A program made the translations under genes and the position numbers. Below, in pieces: positions 18,980-28,885 of a DNA stretch of 64,000 bases. Position 1 is the first letter of the stretch; the number at the start of each line of letters is the position of its first letter. The notes under the pieces are model-generated. The model made no database searches, had not been told where the DNA came from, and saw only the letters and a list, made by a program, of their open reading frames with translations. Source of the stretch: an uncultured Chthonomonadaceae bacterium (GTDB lineage Bacteria > Armatimonadota > Chthonomonadetes > Chthonomonadales > Chthonomonadaceae); contig CAWIEK010000041.1 of the NCBI GenBank assembly GCA_963835065.1, forward strand, positions 64,001 to 128,000, given 5' to 3'.

Positions 18980-20626
18980 ATGGAAACGCACTGGGCCATT
19001 GATATGGGGACGACCAACACGCTGATCGCCAAGTGGGTTGGAACACACGCTGTTACCGTCGCATTAGAGGAACTTGCAGAATACGAACCGGCCTGGCGAA
19101 CGCCGCTGATTCCTTCCGCTATCTACTTTCAGGACGAAAAACGCGCGATTATCGGCAGGCCCGCGCTTGCCGCCCGCGAATTTATGCACGGCGCGGACAT
19201 GCAGATGATGGGGCCGCTCGCCCGCTCCTTCAAGAAAACATTGGCTCGCGCCAGTCAGCAATCTGTCGCGCAGGTCGGGTCGCAGTCCATATCGGCGCGG
19301 CAATGCGCAACGGTTTTCCTGAAAGAGCTGCTGGAAGCCAGTGGAGAGTATGAGCGGCAGCGCGCCGACCCGCACCAGACCAATGTGCAGAAAATCCTCC
19401 GCGCCCTGCGCTGGTGGCGCAAGGAGGGGCAGGTCACGGATTTGACCATGACCGTTCCTGTAGAAAGTTACGAGCCGTACCGGGCGGAACTGTCGCAAAT
19501 CGCGGGCAAACTGGGAATTTCGCGCAGCCGCTTCCGTACTCTGGATGAACCCGTTGCCGCCGCATTGGGCTACGGCGTGGATTTGACGGACGAAAAGCAC
19601 ATCATGGTGGTGGACTTCGGCGGCGGCACGCTCGATCTCGCCATTGTCCGCACCCATCCGCCCACGTCGAGCGGCGGCAAGGACGCGGTAGGCCAGCACC
19701 GCGCCACGCTGCTGGCGGCGCGCGGAGCCAACTACGGCGGCGAAACCATTGACGGCTGGATCGCCGATCTGGGCTGTTCGCGGCTGATGGCGCATCAGGA
19801 TACCCTGCGCCCCATGCTGCTCAGTCAGGCCGAAGCAATCAAAAAAGACCTGAGCAACAAAGCGGCGGTATCGGACAGCAGTTATTTTTTGCTGCAGGGC
19901 GGCGGGCGCATCGAAGTCAACCGGCAGGACTTCCTCGACATGCTGGAAGAGCGCGGCCTGTACAAAACGCTGGAGATTTTGTCCGACGCCACGCTCGACG
20001 ACTGCAAGCACGAGATCAGCGAAGCGCAATTGGACGCCATTCTGCTTGTCGGCGGTTCTACGCTGCTGCCGGGCGTCCGCGAACTGTTTGAGCGCCTGTT
20101 CGGTCCGCAGCGCGTCCACTACTGGGAACCGTTTGAAGCCGTTGTCAAGGGCGCGGCGGTGTTCGGCGCGGGCTTCAGCGTGGACCAGATCGTACACCAC
20201 GATTACGCCATTCGCGTTTATAATGACAGCCAGCAGCGTCCCGAATACGAGCGATTGGTCAAGCGCGGCACCGGCTACCCGACGCCCAACCCGTTTGAAA
20301 CGCGCTATTACGCCGTGACGGAAGGCCAGCAGTTGTTCCGGCTTCCCATTTGCGAGGTCGGGTACGGCGGGCGGGTCAGCCTGCCCTGGAGCAAGCGCAT
20401 CAACGGCAACGAATACTGGCTGCCGACGGGACAGGAGGAGGGCGAGTGCGTGATTACGCTCAACGAAGGCGACGCCCTGCGCCTGGCTCCCCCCGGTTCG
20501 GGAACGCAGGCGCGGCTGCGGATTGACTTCACCATTGACGCCAACCGCTACCTGTGCGCCACTATCCACGACTTGCAGCGGCAGCGCGACCTGCGCACCG
20601 AAGAGCGCGTCGTAAAACTGCGCTGA
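18980..20626 (+). CDS. Atypical Hsp70-family protein
   Basis: IDMGTTNT, LDEPVAAALGY, VDFGGGTLD, LVGGSTLLP; short C-terminal beta-domain with no DnaK lid. Confidence 0.88.
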   Translation: METHWAIDMGTTNTLIAKWVGTHAVTVALEELAEYEPAWRTPLIPSAIYFQDEKRAIIGRPALAAREFMHGADMQMMGPLARSFKKTLARASQQSVAQVGSQSISARQCATVFLKELLEASGEYERQRADPHQTNVQKILRALRWWRKEGQVTDLTMTVPVESYEPYRAELSQIAGKLGISRSRFRTLDEPVAAALGYGVDLTDEKHIMVVDFGGGTLDLAIVRTHPPTSSGGKDAVGQHRATLLAARGANYGGETIDGWIADLGCSRLMAHQDTLRPMLLSQAEAIKKDLSNKAAVSDSSYFLLQGGGRIEVNRQDFLDMLEERGLYKTLEILSDATLDDCKHEISEAQLDAILLVGGSTLLPGVRELFERLFGPQRVHYWEPFEAVVKGAAVFGAGFSVDQIVHHDYAIRVYNDSQQRPEYERLVKRGTGYPTPNPFETRYYAVTEGQQLFRLPICEVGYGGRVSLPWSKRINGNEYWLPTGQEEGECVITLNEGDALRLAPPGSGTQARLRIDFTIDANRYLCATIHDLQRQRDLRTEERVVKLR

Positions 20627-20644
20627 CTTTATCTTTATCTGTTC

Positions 20645-20787
20645 GTAACTCTTCACCACCAAGGCGCAAAGAACACCAAGAAGAGCAAGAAGAAATTGCA
20701 GGAGAGATCGAGACTGACTTCGACTGTATGCCTTTTAATTGCCTGTTTTATCTTGGTGTTCTTAGTGTCTTGGTGGTGAAGAGTTAC
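20645..20787. repeat. Inverted-repeat hairpin element with arms of about 37 bp (9-mer-like units)
   Basis: gtaactcttcaccaccaaggcgcaaagaacaccaaga ... tcttggtgttcttagtgtcttggtggtgaagagttac. Confidence 0.9.
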
Positions 20788-20836
20788 CTTTGTTCATTGA
20801 TCGTCAGGTGTTCATCGTTAGGAAAGAGGTTTTATT

Positions 20837-22512
20837 ATGGCAAACGAACGTGAAGAAGGATTGGCGGCGCTGCAAAACGGCGATTTTGCGACTGCGCAGG
20901 CCAGATTGGAAGCCGCCATTGCGCAGAATCCCGGCGACGCGCAGGCGCATTTGTACCTGGGCGGCGTGTACCACCAGATGAAGCGCAATGAGGATGCCGT
21001 TCGCGTCCTGTCGCGGGCAACCGAACTGCAGCCCATGAGCGCGCAGGCGCAGTACAATTTAGGCATTGCGCTGGAAGCGCTCGGCTCACATCAGCAGGCG
21101 TTCGAGGTTTACCGCAAAGCCGTCGCCTTGCAGGACAACTACCCGCTGGCGCAGCAGGGCATCGAGCGCATGCAAAAGGCCATGCAAAGCGCGCCGCAAA
21201 CAGGAATGTACGGCGCGGCCCCGGCTCCTACAGGCGTTTATGGCGCGTCACCCACTCCGACAGCCTACGGCGCTCCCCCTGCCCCGACAGGAATGTACGG
21301 GACGTCCCCGGCCCAACCCGGCTACGAAGTGACCACTGCCGCGCCCGCATACTTGCCGCCGCCCGCGCCCGGTTATGGAGCCGCGCCGATTCGCAGCCTT
21401 ATGCGCAGGATCAAACGCAGCCCGTTCAGCCGGGGTACGCGCCGCCCGCCCAACCGGGATATGCCCAACCCGCGCAGCCCGGTTATGCGCCGCCTGCCCA
21501 ACCCGGCTATGTTCCCCCCAATGTGCAGCCCGGTTACGCGCAGCCGACGGCTTACGGCCAGCCGCAGCAGTACGATCTTGCGGGCAATCCCGTCGCCACG
21601 CCGCAGCCCGCTTACGGACAAGCTCCGGGCGGCGCGTATGCGCCTCCCCCCGGCCCCAACGGGTATCAGGGGCAGCAGTGGTCGCCCTATCCCATGCAGG
21701 GACAGATGGTGAAGGAAGACAACTTCGATCTCCTACAGGCGTTCAAGGATTGGGGGCAGATTCTGGTTTCGCCCTTGCATTTCTTTGATGGCGAAAGAGG
21801 CGCGGCGGGCTTTTCGGCTCCGATGGCGCAAACCCTGGCGTATATTCTGGTCAGCGGTCTCGTGGGAATGATTATGAATGTGGTCACGGGACATACCGGG
21901 ATGATCATGTGGGCTATCGTCGGCATCCCGCTCAGTTTCCTGGTCTTTCTGCTCACCTGGATGATCTGGGGCGGCGTCAATCACGGTATCAGCCGCATGT
22001 TCGGCGGCAGCGGCGAGTTTTCCGGCAGTTTCCGCGCCGGCGTTTATGCCGCCGCGCCGTTTATGACCATGCTTATTGCAATTTCCCTTCTCAGCCCGAT
22101 GCTCACTCCCAAGTCGGCGGGAGTGGTAATGGCCGATCCGCAGGTTCACGTGGTTCGCGCGCAGTATGGCAACCAACCTTACGCCGGTTCCCGTTTTGGA
22201 CAGCCAACCGGCAGAACGTCGTCATTCGGCACGTCTTCTTACGGAACATCATCCCCCTACGCCAACGCTTATACACAGGGCAACCCCCTGATTGGCTTGC
22301 TGGCGCTTATCAGCATGGTGTGGTCTATGGTGCTGATGGTTTTCGGCATACGCGCGACACAGAACGTGGAAACGGGCGCAGCGGTGGGCACGGTAATTCT
22401 CAGCGTGATTGTCACGGGCATCATCCTCTTCGGGATTTGTCTCGTGCTGGGCGTACTGTTTGCCGGTGTAATCACTTCGGCAATGCCGCACTCCGGGGGT
22501 ATAAATATGTGA
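20837..22512 (+). CDS. TPR + Pro/Gly/Tyr-rich linker + Yip1-like multi-TM protein (frameshift near 21388)
   Basis: ORFs 20837..21712 and 21523..22512 join with one extra base (AP-DSQPYAQ); N-terminal TPRs; about 5 TM helices with the GGSGEFSGSFRA Yip1-like motif. Confidence 0.75.
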
Positions 22513-22514
22513 CG

Positions 22515-22592
22515 GCTCCCCACCTCTAAAGGCGAGAACTGCTCCGGACGGGCCGTTACATTTTTACAACCCCTAAGTTGAGGGGTGAGAGC
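22515..22592. repeat. Imperfect hairpin directly after a stop codon
   Basis: gctccccacctct ... tgaggggtgagagc. Confidence 0.45.
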
Positions 22593-22599
22593 AAACAAC

Positions 22600-22673
<74 letters not shown>

Positions 22674-22686
22674 TGAGGAGAAACTT

Positions 22687-23958
22687 ATGGCGAATGAACG
22701 CGCGGACGGCGTGACCGCTTTACAGCGGGGCGACCTTCCGACCGCCGCCATTTTGCTGGAACAGGTGGTTCGGCAAAACAAGGAAGATTTCGAGGCGCAT
22801 TTGTATCTGGGCGGCGTGTACCACCAGATGAAGCGGCACGGCGACGCGGCGCGCGTCCTGACTCGCGCCGTAGAAATACAGCCGGGCAGCGCGCAGGCGC
22901 GGTTCAACCTGGGCGTGGCGCAGGAGCAGGGCGGCGATTTGGAAGGGGCGCAAGCCTCGTTCGAGCGCGCTATTGTGCTGCAAGCCGAGTATCCGGCAGC
23001 GCATGAGGGACTGGAACGGGTTCAGGCGCGCTTGAACGGGCTGACGGCAATGGCTGCGCGCGAAACCGCCGCCTCCGAACCGCAAGTCCCGCCCACCGCA
23101 GACAGGCCCGCGTTTGCCAGACCGGTCAATTCTTCCTTCGGCAACGCTTCGCCTGCGTTCGCGCCATCCGATTCCGCGCCGTCCGAGTTGCCTGCATCGC
23201 CTGCGTCATCCACGCCATCTTCTTCCGCGCCGCCTGCCGGTTATATGCCCGCGTCTTCGGCAACCCCTTTCTCTCCACCCGGCTATGGCGCTCAGGACGC
23301 CAATATCCCGCCGCCTGCCCCCGGCTATGGCGCGTCTGAATATGGCGGGGTGAACTACAATACGCCGTCCGTTCCGTCTGCGCCCGGCTATTCCGCCGCG
23401 CCTGCGCCTGGTCTCCCTCCCGTTCCGCCGCAAGCCGCCAACCCTTACGCGCCGGGTTATGGTTCCAATCCTTATGCTCCGCCGCCTCCCGGTTACGCGC
23501 CGCCCTATCCGCAGTCGCCGGGATATGGACAAGCGCCGGTTCCGGGACAGCCTGCGCCTTACGCGCAGCCGCCTGGCTATAATCCGCCCCCGCCGTATGC
23601 GCCCCCCGCTCCGTATGGTCAGCCACCGTATGGGGCGGGGTATGCGCCGCCGGGGGGATACGGCTACGGGGGCGCGCAGCAGTATGTTGTGGCGCAGCAG
23701 CCGGTTCCGCAGGAAGCGACCATAGCCCTGATCTTAGGCATTATCGGCCTGCCTCTCGCTTTCACCGGCCTGGGGATTGTGTTTTCTCCGATTTCGCTGT
23801 ATCTTGCCCTGAAAGCGCGGCGCATGATGCAGGCCAACCCCGGCCTGGGCGGGCAGGGAACCGTGACCGCCGCTCTGTGGCTGTCCAGTATCGGCCTGAT
23901 TTTGAGCCTGTTTTTCTGCCTTATAATCCTGATTGCCATATTTGCCGGCGTTAGTTAA
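22687..23958 (+). CDS. TPR + Pro-rich linker + DUF4190-like 2-TM protein
   Basis: N-terminus paralogous to 20837 (MANER...AHLYLGGVYHQMKR); ATIALILGII...GGQGTVTAALWLSSIG. Confidence 0.8.
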   Translation: MANERADGVTALQRGDLPTAAILLEQVVRQNKEDFEAHLYLGGVYHQMKRHGDAARVLTRAVEIQPGSAQARFNLGVAQEQGGDLEGAQASFERAIVLQAEYPAAHEGLERVQARLNGLTAMAARETAASEPQVPPTADRPAFARPVNSSFGNASPAFAPSDSAPSELPASPASSTPSSSAPPAGYMPASSATPFSPPGYGAQDANIPPPAPGYGASEYGGVNYNTPSVPSAPGYSAAPAPGLPPVPPQAANPYAPGYGSNPYAPPPPGYAPPYPQSPGYGQAPVPGQPAPYAQPPGYNPPPPYAPPAPYGQPPYGAGYAPPGGYGYGGAQQYVVAQQPVPQEATIALILGIIGLPLAFTGLGIVFSPISLYLALKARRMMQANPGLGGQGTVTAALWLSSIGLILSLFFCLIILIAIFAGVS

Positions 23959-24063
23959 GGCATCAGGCATATAGGCATTAGATATTAGGCAATAGGCATT
24001 AGGAGTACAGCGAGGACCAAAGCAGGTATGAACCTGATGCCTGATGCCTGATGCCTAATGCCT
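23958..24063. repeat. Inverted heptamer-array hairpin (AGGCATT)n ... (AATGCCT/GATGCCT)n
   Basis: Begins within the TAA stop; right arm cctgatgcctgatgcctgatgcctaatgcct. Confidence 0.92.
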
Positions 24064-24087
24064 CCCACGCACTGAAAGGAAAATTTC

Positions 24088-24870
24088 ATGTTTCGTTTAT
24101 GTTCTTCGCCTTTGATGCTGACCGCGCTGACGCTGTTCAGCGCGGCGGTAGTATTGCCTTCGGCGGATGCCAAACCGCGCGCTCCCAAAGCGGCGTTTCG
24201 GGGCGAAGCGGCAGCCCTGTCTACCGGGTTTCTGACCAAGACCATCAAGCAGGGTGGGGAGGAGTACAAGTACGTGGTGTACGTGCCCGCCGATTATGAC
24301 GGCAGCAAACCCTACCCGACTATCGTTTTTCTCAATGGCGCGGGCGAGTGCGGACGCGACGGTCTGAAGCATGTGGCGACGGGGCTTGGCCCGGCCATTA
24401 TGAAGGACGCGAGCAAGTGGCCGTTCCTCGTGCTGTTCCCGCAGAAGCCGACCGTCAGATCAAATTGGGAAGACCATGATGCGCTTGTCATGGCAATGCT
24501 GGACAAAACCAAAGCCGAGTACAAAGTAGATACAAGCCGCCTGTACCTCACGGGATTGTCGCAGGGCGGGCATGGAACCTGGACGATTGGCGCGAAGCAC
24601 CCGGATATGTTCGCCGCGCTTGCGCCCGTCTGCGGCTGGAGCGATACATCCACCGCTTCCACTCTCAAACCCCTTCCCATCTGGTGCTTCCACGGCGAGG
24701 CCGACCCGACCGTGAAAGTGGAAAAATCGCATGAAATGGTGGATGCCGTGAAAGCCGCCGGCGGCGACGTGAAACTGACAACCTACCCCGGCGTCGGCCA
24801 CAACTCCTGGGACAACGCCTACGGCAAGGAAGATTTGGGCGCGTGGTTTTTGCAGCATACGAAGAAGTGA
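24088..24870 (+). CDS. Exported carboxylesterase/peptidase-like alpha/beta hydrolase
   Basis: Signal peptide; RLYLTGLSQGG, FHGEAD, YPGVGHNSW. Confidence 0.88.
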   Translation: MFRLCSSPLMLTALTLFSAAVVLPSADAKPRAPKAAFRGEAAALSTGFLTKTIKQGGEEYKYVVYVPADYDGSKPYPTIVFLNGAGECGRDGLKHVATGLGPAIMKDASKWPFLVLFPQKPTVRSNWEDHDALVMAMLDKTKAEYKVDTSRLYLTGLSQGGHGTWTIGAKHPDMFAALAPVCGWSDTSTASTLKPLPIWCFHGEADPTVKVEKSHEMVDAVKAAGGDVKLTTYPGVGHNSWDNAYGKEDLGAWFLQHTKK

Positions 24871-25032
24871 GCGTGGAGAGTGAAGAGCGGAGAGTTGTTG
24901 ATGCTTGCAGGCCGGGCGTATGGAAGGTACGTCCGGCTTTGTTTGTCTGTGAACAGGCAGCGAATTCGAGGACAGTTACGTATCATTGGATAATAATGTA
25001 ATGGGGTATGGGTGAGAGGGAAGGCGGCAGGC

Positions 25033-25995
25033 ATGAAAATTGTGGTCACGGGCGCGACGGGGTTTGTCGGCCCCCCCTTGTGCGCCGAACTGGTTGGGGG
25101 TGGGCATCAGGTCACAGTGGTATCGCGGGACAAGATGAAGGCGCAGGCGACATTGGGAACGCAGGTACGCAGCCTGGGATGGGAGGAGGCAAAGGGAACG
25201 GCAACTCCTGCGGGTTCTGCAAGTGATTGGAAGCAGGCGGTTGCCGACGCGGACGCGGTTATCAATCTGGCGGGCGCGTCCGTCGGGGATCAGCGCTGGA
25301 CGCCCGCGTACAAGGAGCAGATTCGCGCTTCCCGCGTGGATACGACGCGCAAATTGGTAGAGGCCATGCGGCAGTCCGAACGCCGTCCGTCCGTGTTTCT
25401 CAGCGCTTCGGGCATCGGCTATTATGGCGACCGCAAGGACGAAACGCTGACGGAAGCATCCGCGCCGGGGGCGGGGTTTCTGGCGGACGTGTGCAAAGCG
25501 TGGGAAAGCGAAGCCGAAAAAGCGGAAGCATTGGGCGTTCGGGTTGTTCGCCTGCGCCTCGGTGTTGTCTTGGGGCATGGCGGCGCATTGGAAAAGATGC
25601 TGCATCCCTTACCCCTGCCTATTAATCCCTACAAGTTGGGCGCGGGCGGGCCGATGGGAAGCGGCAAGCAGTGGCTGTCGTGGATACATCTGGACGATGT
25701 GTTGGGGCTGATAACGTGGGCGTTGACGAACGCGCAGGCGCAGGGAGCCGTCAACCTGACCGCGCCCAATCCCTGCGCCAACGGCGAATTCGCCCGCGCG
25801 CTCGCCGCCGTTTATCACCGTCCCGCCGTCCTGCCCGTACCCGCTTTCGCCCTGCGCGCCATGCTCGGCGAGTTTGCCGAAACCCTGCTCACAGGCATGA
25901 AAGTCCTCCCCACAGTGGCGGAACAGCAGGGTTACCGGTTTCGCTTTCCTACTTTGGAACCTGCACTGAAGTCGTTGCTGGTGGCTAATATGTAG
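25033..25995 (+). CDS. NAD-dependent epimerase family protein (TIGR01777/YfcH-like)
   Basis: VTGATGFVG, INLAGA, SRVDTT, GSGKQWLSWIHLDD. Confidence 0.9.
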   Translation: MKIVVTGATGFVGPPLCAELVGGGHQVTVVSRDKMKAQATLGTQVRSLGWEEAKGTATPAGSASDWKQAVADADAVINLAGASVGDQRWTPAYKEQIRASRVDTTRKLVEAMRQSERRPSVFLSASGIGYYGDRKDETLTEASAPGAGFLADVCKAWESEAEKAEALGVRVVRLRLGVVLGHGGALEKMLHPLPLPINPYKLGAGGPMGSGKQWLSWIHLDDVLGLITWALTNAQAQGAVNLTAPNPCANGEFARALAAVYHRPAVLPVPAFALRAMLGEFAETLLTGMKVLPTVAEQQGYRFRFPTLEPALKSLLVANM

Positions 25996-26020
25996 CCAAG
26001 GTAATACAGCAAGGTATGTT

Positions 26021-26100
26021 GTAGGGGTTCTGCTTGCTGAACCCTGCACAAACGCAAACGCAGGCGCAGCAAACGCGGGCGCAGCAAGCAGCGCCCCTAC
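26021..26100. repeat. Inverted GTAG-type REP doublet (REPIN-like)
   Basis: gtaggggttctgcttgctgaaccc ... gggcgcagcaagcagcgcccctac; the recJ TAG lies in the terminal GTAG. Confidence 0.85.
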
Positions 26101-27941
26101 CTAAATGTAATGATGGCTACTTCATGCTCATGGGAGAAACGAATCTCCTGCGCGTGAATTTGGGCGCTGAGAAGGCCATCGCGGGTATCGCAGGCAAGGC
26201 GGGCGGCAATGTCCAGGCGCGAGGCTGTGGGATATTTGCCTGCATCCGCGCCCCGGCCCCATGCCATTGCCGTAAGCGTGTTGGAATCATCGTCGCGCAG
26301 GGTCAGTTTGAGATGTTCGCCCTTTTTGACGGATTGCGCCCGAACCACGCGCAGATTGCGCAGCAGTAACAGGGGTTCGGTACGATCTTCGCGCAGGGGA
26401 GCCATGTGCGCCAGTACGCGCAGGGTTTCCAATGAAACGTCACCGGCTGCAAACTCCCCGTCGAAATCCAGAACAGGCGGCGCAATCGCTGCGCCTTCCT
26501 GCCGCGCCTGAATTGCCTGTTCCCGCCGATACGCCGTAACCCACGCATCCAGCCGTTCCGCCAGCAGGGGCAGGTTTTCCGCAGGCAGGGCAAATCCGGC
26601 GGCAAACGCATGGCCGCCGCAGCGCGTCAGCAAGGCTTTACATTCGGGCGATTTCAGCGCGTGGAGAATGGGCGTATCGCGGGGTGAGCGGCACGATCCC
26701 ATGAGGGTTCCGTCTGCGCCAATCCGGGCGGCAAGCGCGGGGCGGTTGAATTGTCCCGCCAGTTCGGACGCGAGCGGGCCGAGCAAGCCGGGCTGCCATT
26801 CCGCGCAGGCCACAACAACAATCCCGTCATGCAAGATTCCCATTCCCGGCTGCGCGGCATCGCCGGACAGCAGGGCAAGCGCTTCAGTTTGAACCTGCGC
26901 CTGCATGATTTTGCGCTGCCGATTGAAGCCTTCCAGACGCATGGCTCCCTGCCGCGCATCCGTTTCTTCCTGCGCTAGCAGCACATCAAGGGCGTAATGC
27001 GGATCATCCACGCGCCCCGGAGCGTTCAAGCGCGGCCCGATTTGGTAGGCGATACTCGCGCTCGACAGCAGGGATGTGTCCACTACGCCGGACGTTTGCA
27101 GCAGGGCGCGGAGGCCGAGTTTTGCGGTCTTGCGCAACTGCTCCAATCCCAACTGCACCAGAACGCGGTTTTCGTCCACAAGCGGGGCCATATCCACAAC
27201 CGTGCCCAACGCGACAAATTCCAGCAGGCGATTGCGCGCGTTGGTCAGGGACAGCCCGCGCCGTTCGCACAACGCCAGCATGGTTTTGAACGCCACGCCC
27301 ACGCCGGACAGGGCGCGAAACGGGTACACGGAATCGGCGCGGTTTGGATTGACAATCGCCACGCAGGGAGGAAGCAGCGCGTCCGGTTCCGGCTCGTGAT
27401 GGTCGGTGACAATAAGGTCTATGCCCATTTCGCGGGCAGCGTTTGCGGCCTCGTGCGCGTCCGTGCCGCAGTCTACGGACAGCAATAGGGTCGCGCCATT
27501 CTGCTTTGCCCGTTCTAAAGCCTCGACATGCAGGCCATAGCCGTCGTTCAGGCGGTGCGGTATGTGGCACGTGACGTTTGCGCCCAATCTTCGCAGCGCG
27601 TACACCACAAGCGCGGTTGCCGTAATGCCGTCCGCGTCGTAATCGCCGTGTACGTGAATGGTTTCCCCATTTTCAAGAGCGCGGTGCAAGCGTTCCGCAG
27701 CCGCTTTCATATCGGGAAGCAGCCAGTGGCTATGCAGCGCGTCGGCATCCGGGCAATTGAACGCCTGCACCTTGTCCGCCGTGTCCAGTCCAAGCCGCAG
27801 GTACAGTCCCGCAACGCTCGCTGATACGTTCAGCGCGTTCGCCAGAGTATCTGCTTGTGCGGCATCAACAGGCGTAATCCGCCATTGAACTTCGGTTTGT
27901 CTGTTATCCGTTGGCAGCAAAGAAAGGTTGTTTGTGTCCAT
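26097..27941 (-). CDS. recJ: ssDNA-specific exonuclease RecJ
   Basis: GDYDADG, VDCG, TDHH, GPRLNA and GGHAFAAG DHH/DHHA1 motifs. Confidence 0.93.
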   Translation of the reverse strand: MDTNNLSLLPTDNRQTEVQWRITPVDAAQADTLANALNVSASVAGLYLRLGLDTADKVQAFNCPDADALHSHWLLPDMKAAAERLHRALENGETIHVHGDYDADGITATALVVYALRRLGANVTCHIPHRLNDGYGLHVEALERAKQNGATLLLSVDCGTDAHEAANAAREMGIDLIVTDHHEPEPDALLPPCVAIVNPNRADSVYPFRALSGVGVAFKTMLALCERRGLSLTNARNRLLEFVALGTVVDMAPLVDENRVLVQLGLEQLRKTAKLGLRALLQTSGVVDTSLLSSASIAYQIGPRLNAPGRVDDPHYALDVLLAQEETDARQGAMRLEGFNRQRKIMQAQVQTEALALLSGDAAQPGMGILHDGIVVVACAEWQPGLLGPLASELAGQFNRPALAARIGADGTLMGSCRSPRDTPILHALKSPECKALLTRCGGHAFAAGFALPAENLPLLAERLDAWVTAYRREQAIQARQEGAAIAPPVLDFDGEFAAGDVSLETLRVLAHMAPLREDRTEPLLLLRNLRVVRAQSVKKGEHLKLTLRDDDSNTLTAMAWGRGADAGKYPTASRLDIAARLACDTRDGLLSAQIHAQEIRFSHEHEVAIITFR

Positions 27942-28237
27942 GCGTCGGCTCCGCAAAAAAGAAGGAGTAGTTGTCTTTATGTCTACTACATTCTTACGCG
28001 GGAAAGCGGAACCGTTGTGCCGACATTTATCCACTTTATGCAAAACGAAAAAAGCTCCTCTCCCGGCGGGAACGAGCGGCCAGGAAAGGGTGTCTATAAA
28101 TGGACGCCCAGGGTGAGGTACTTCCACAACCAAACTGAAAACGGGGTAGAATGAATGTATCGCGCAGCGCAGCCGATAATCGCTTATTGATACTTCTACT
28201 TTGCGGCCCCTTGCGGCTGCCGGAATGGATATGCAAC

Positions 28238-28885
28238 GTGAGCGAGAGTGTGATTGAACCTGCTTCCAGCAATGTGAGCAACCCTGTTTTGAGCAAGGAC
28301 GCGCCCGCCGCTCCTAAAGGCCGCTTGTTCGTGATTTCCGGGCCGTCCGGCGTGGGCAAGGACGCCCTGCTCGGACGCCTGTATCAGTGCCTGCCTAATA
28401 TCAAGCAAAGCGTGAGCGCGACAACCCGCGCGCCCCGCCCCGGCGAAACGGACGGCACAGACTACCATTTTTTCAGCCACGCGCAATTCGAGAGCGACAT
28501 TAGAAATGGCTATTTTTTGGAACACGCTCGCTATGGAACCGATTACTACGGGACGCCGCGCGGCAAAGTGGACGACCTGCGGCGGCTTGGCATAGATGTG
28601 GTGCTGAAAATCGAAGTGCAAGGCGCGGCGCAAATCAAGGAACTGGTTCCCGACGCCGTTCTGGTTTTCATCAAGCCGCCCAGTTTGGCCGAGTTGGAGC
28701 GCCGTCTGCGGTCGCGCGGCACAGACACGGAACAAAAAATCATGGACCGTCTCGCCATCGCGCAGTACGAACTCGCGCAATTGTTTCTCTACGATTACAT
28801 GGTGACGAACGATAATTTTGAGACGGCGTTAAAAGTGCTGTGCGGCATCGTGGCGGCGGAACGGGAAAGAGGAGCGCATGTATGA
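28238..28885 (+). CDS. gmk: Guanylate kinase (start codon uncertain)
   Basis: SGPSGVGK, TTRAPRPGE..G.DYHF, YYGTP, IEVQGA. Confidence 0.95.
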   Translation: MSESVIEPASSNVSNPVLSKDAPAAPKGRLFVISGPSGVGKDALLGRLYQCLPNIKQSVSATTRAPRPGETDGTDYHFFSHAQFESDIRNGYFLEHARYGTDYYGTPRGKVDDLRRLGIDVVLKIEVQGAAQIKELVPDAVLVFIKPPSLAELERRLRSRGTDTEQKIMDRLAIAQYELAQLFLYDYMVTNDNFETALKVLCGIVAAERERGAHV

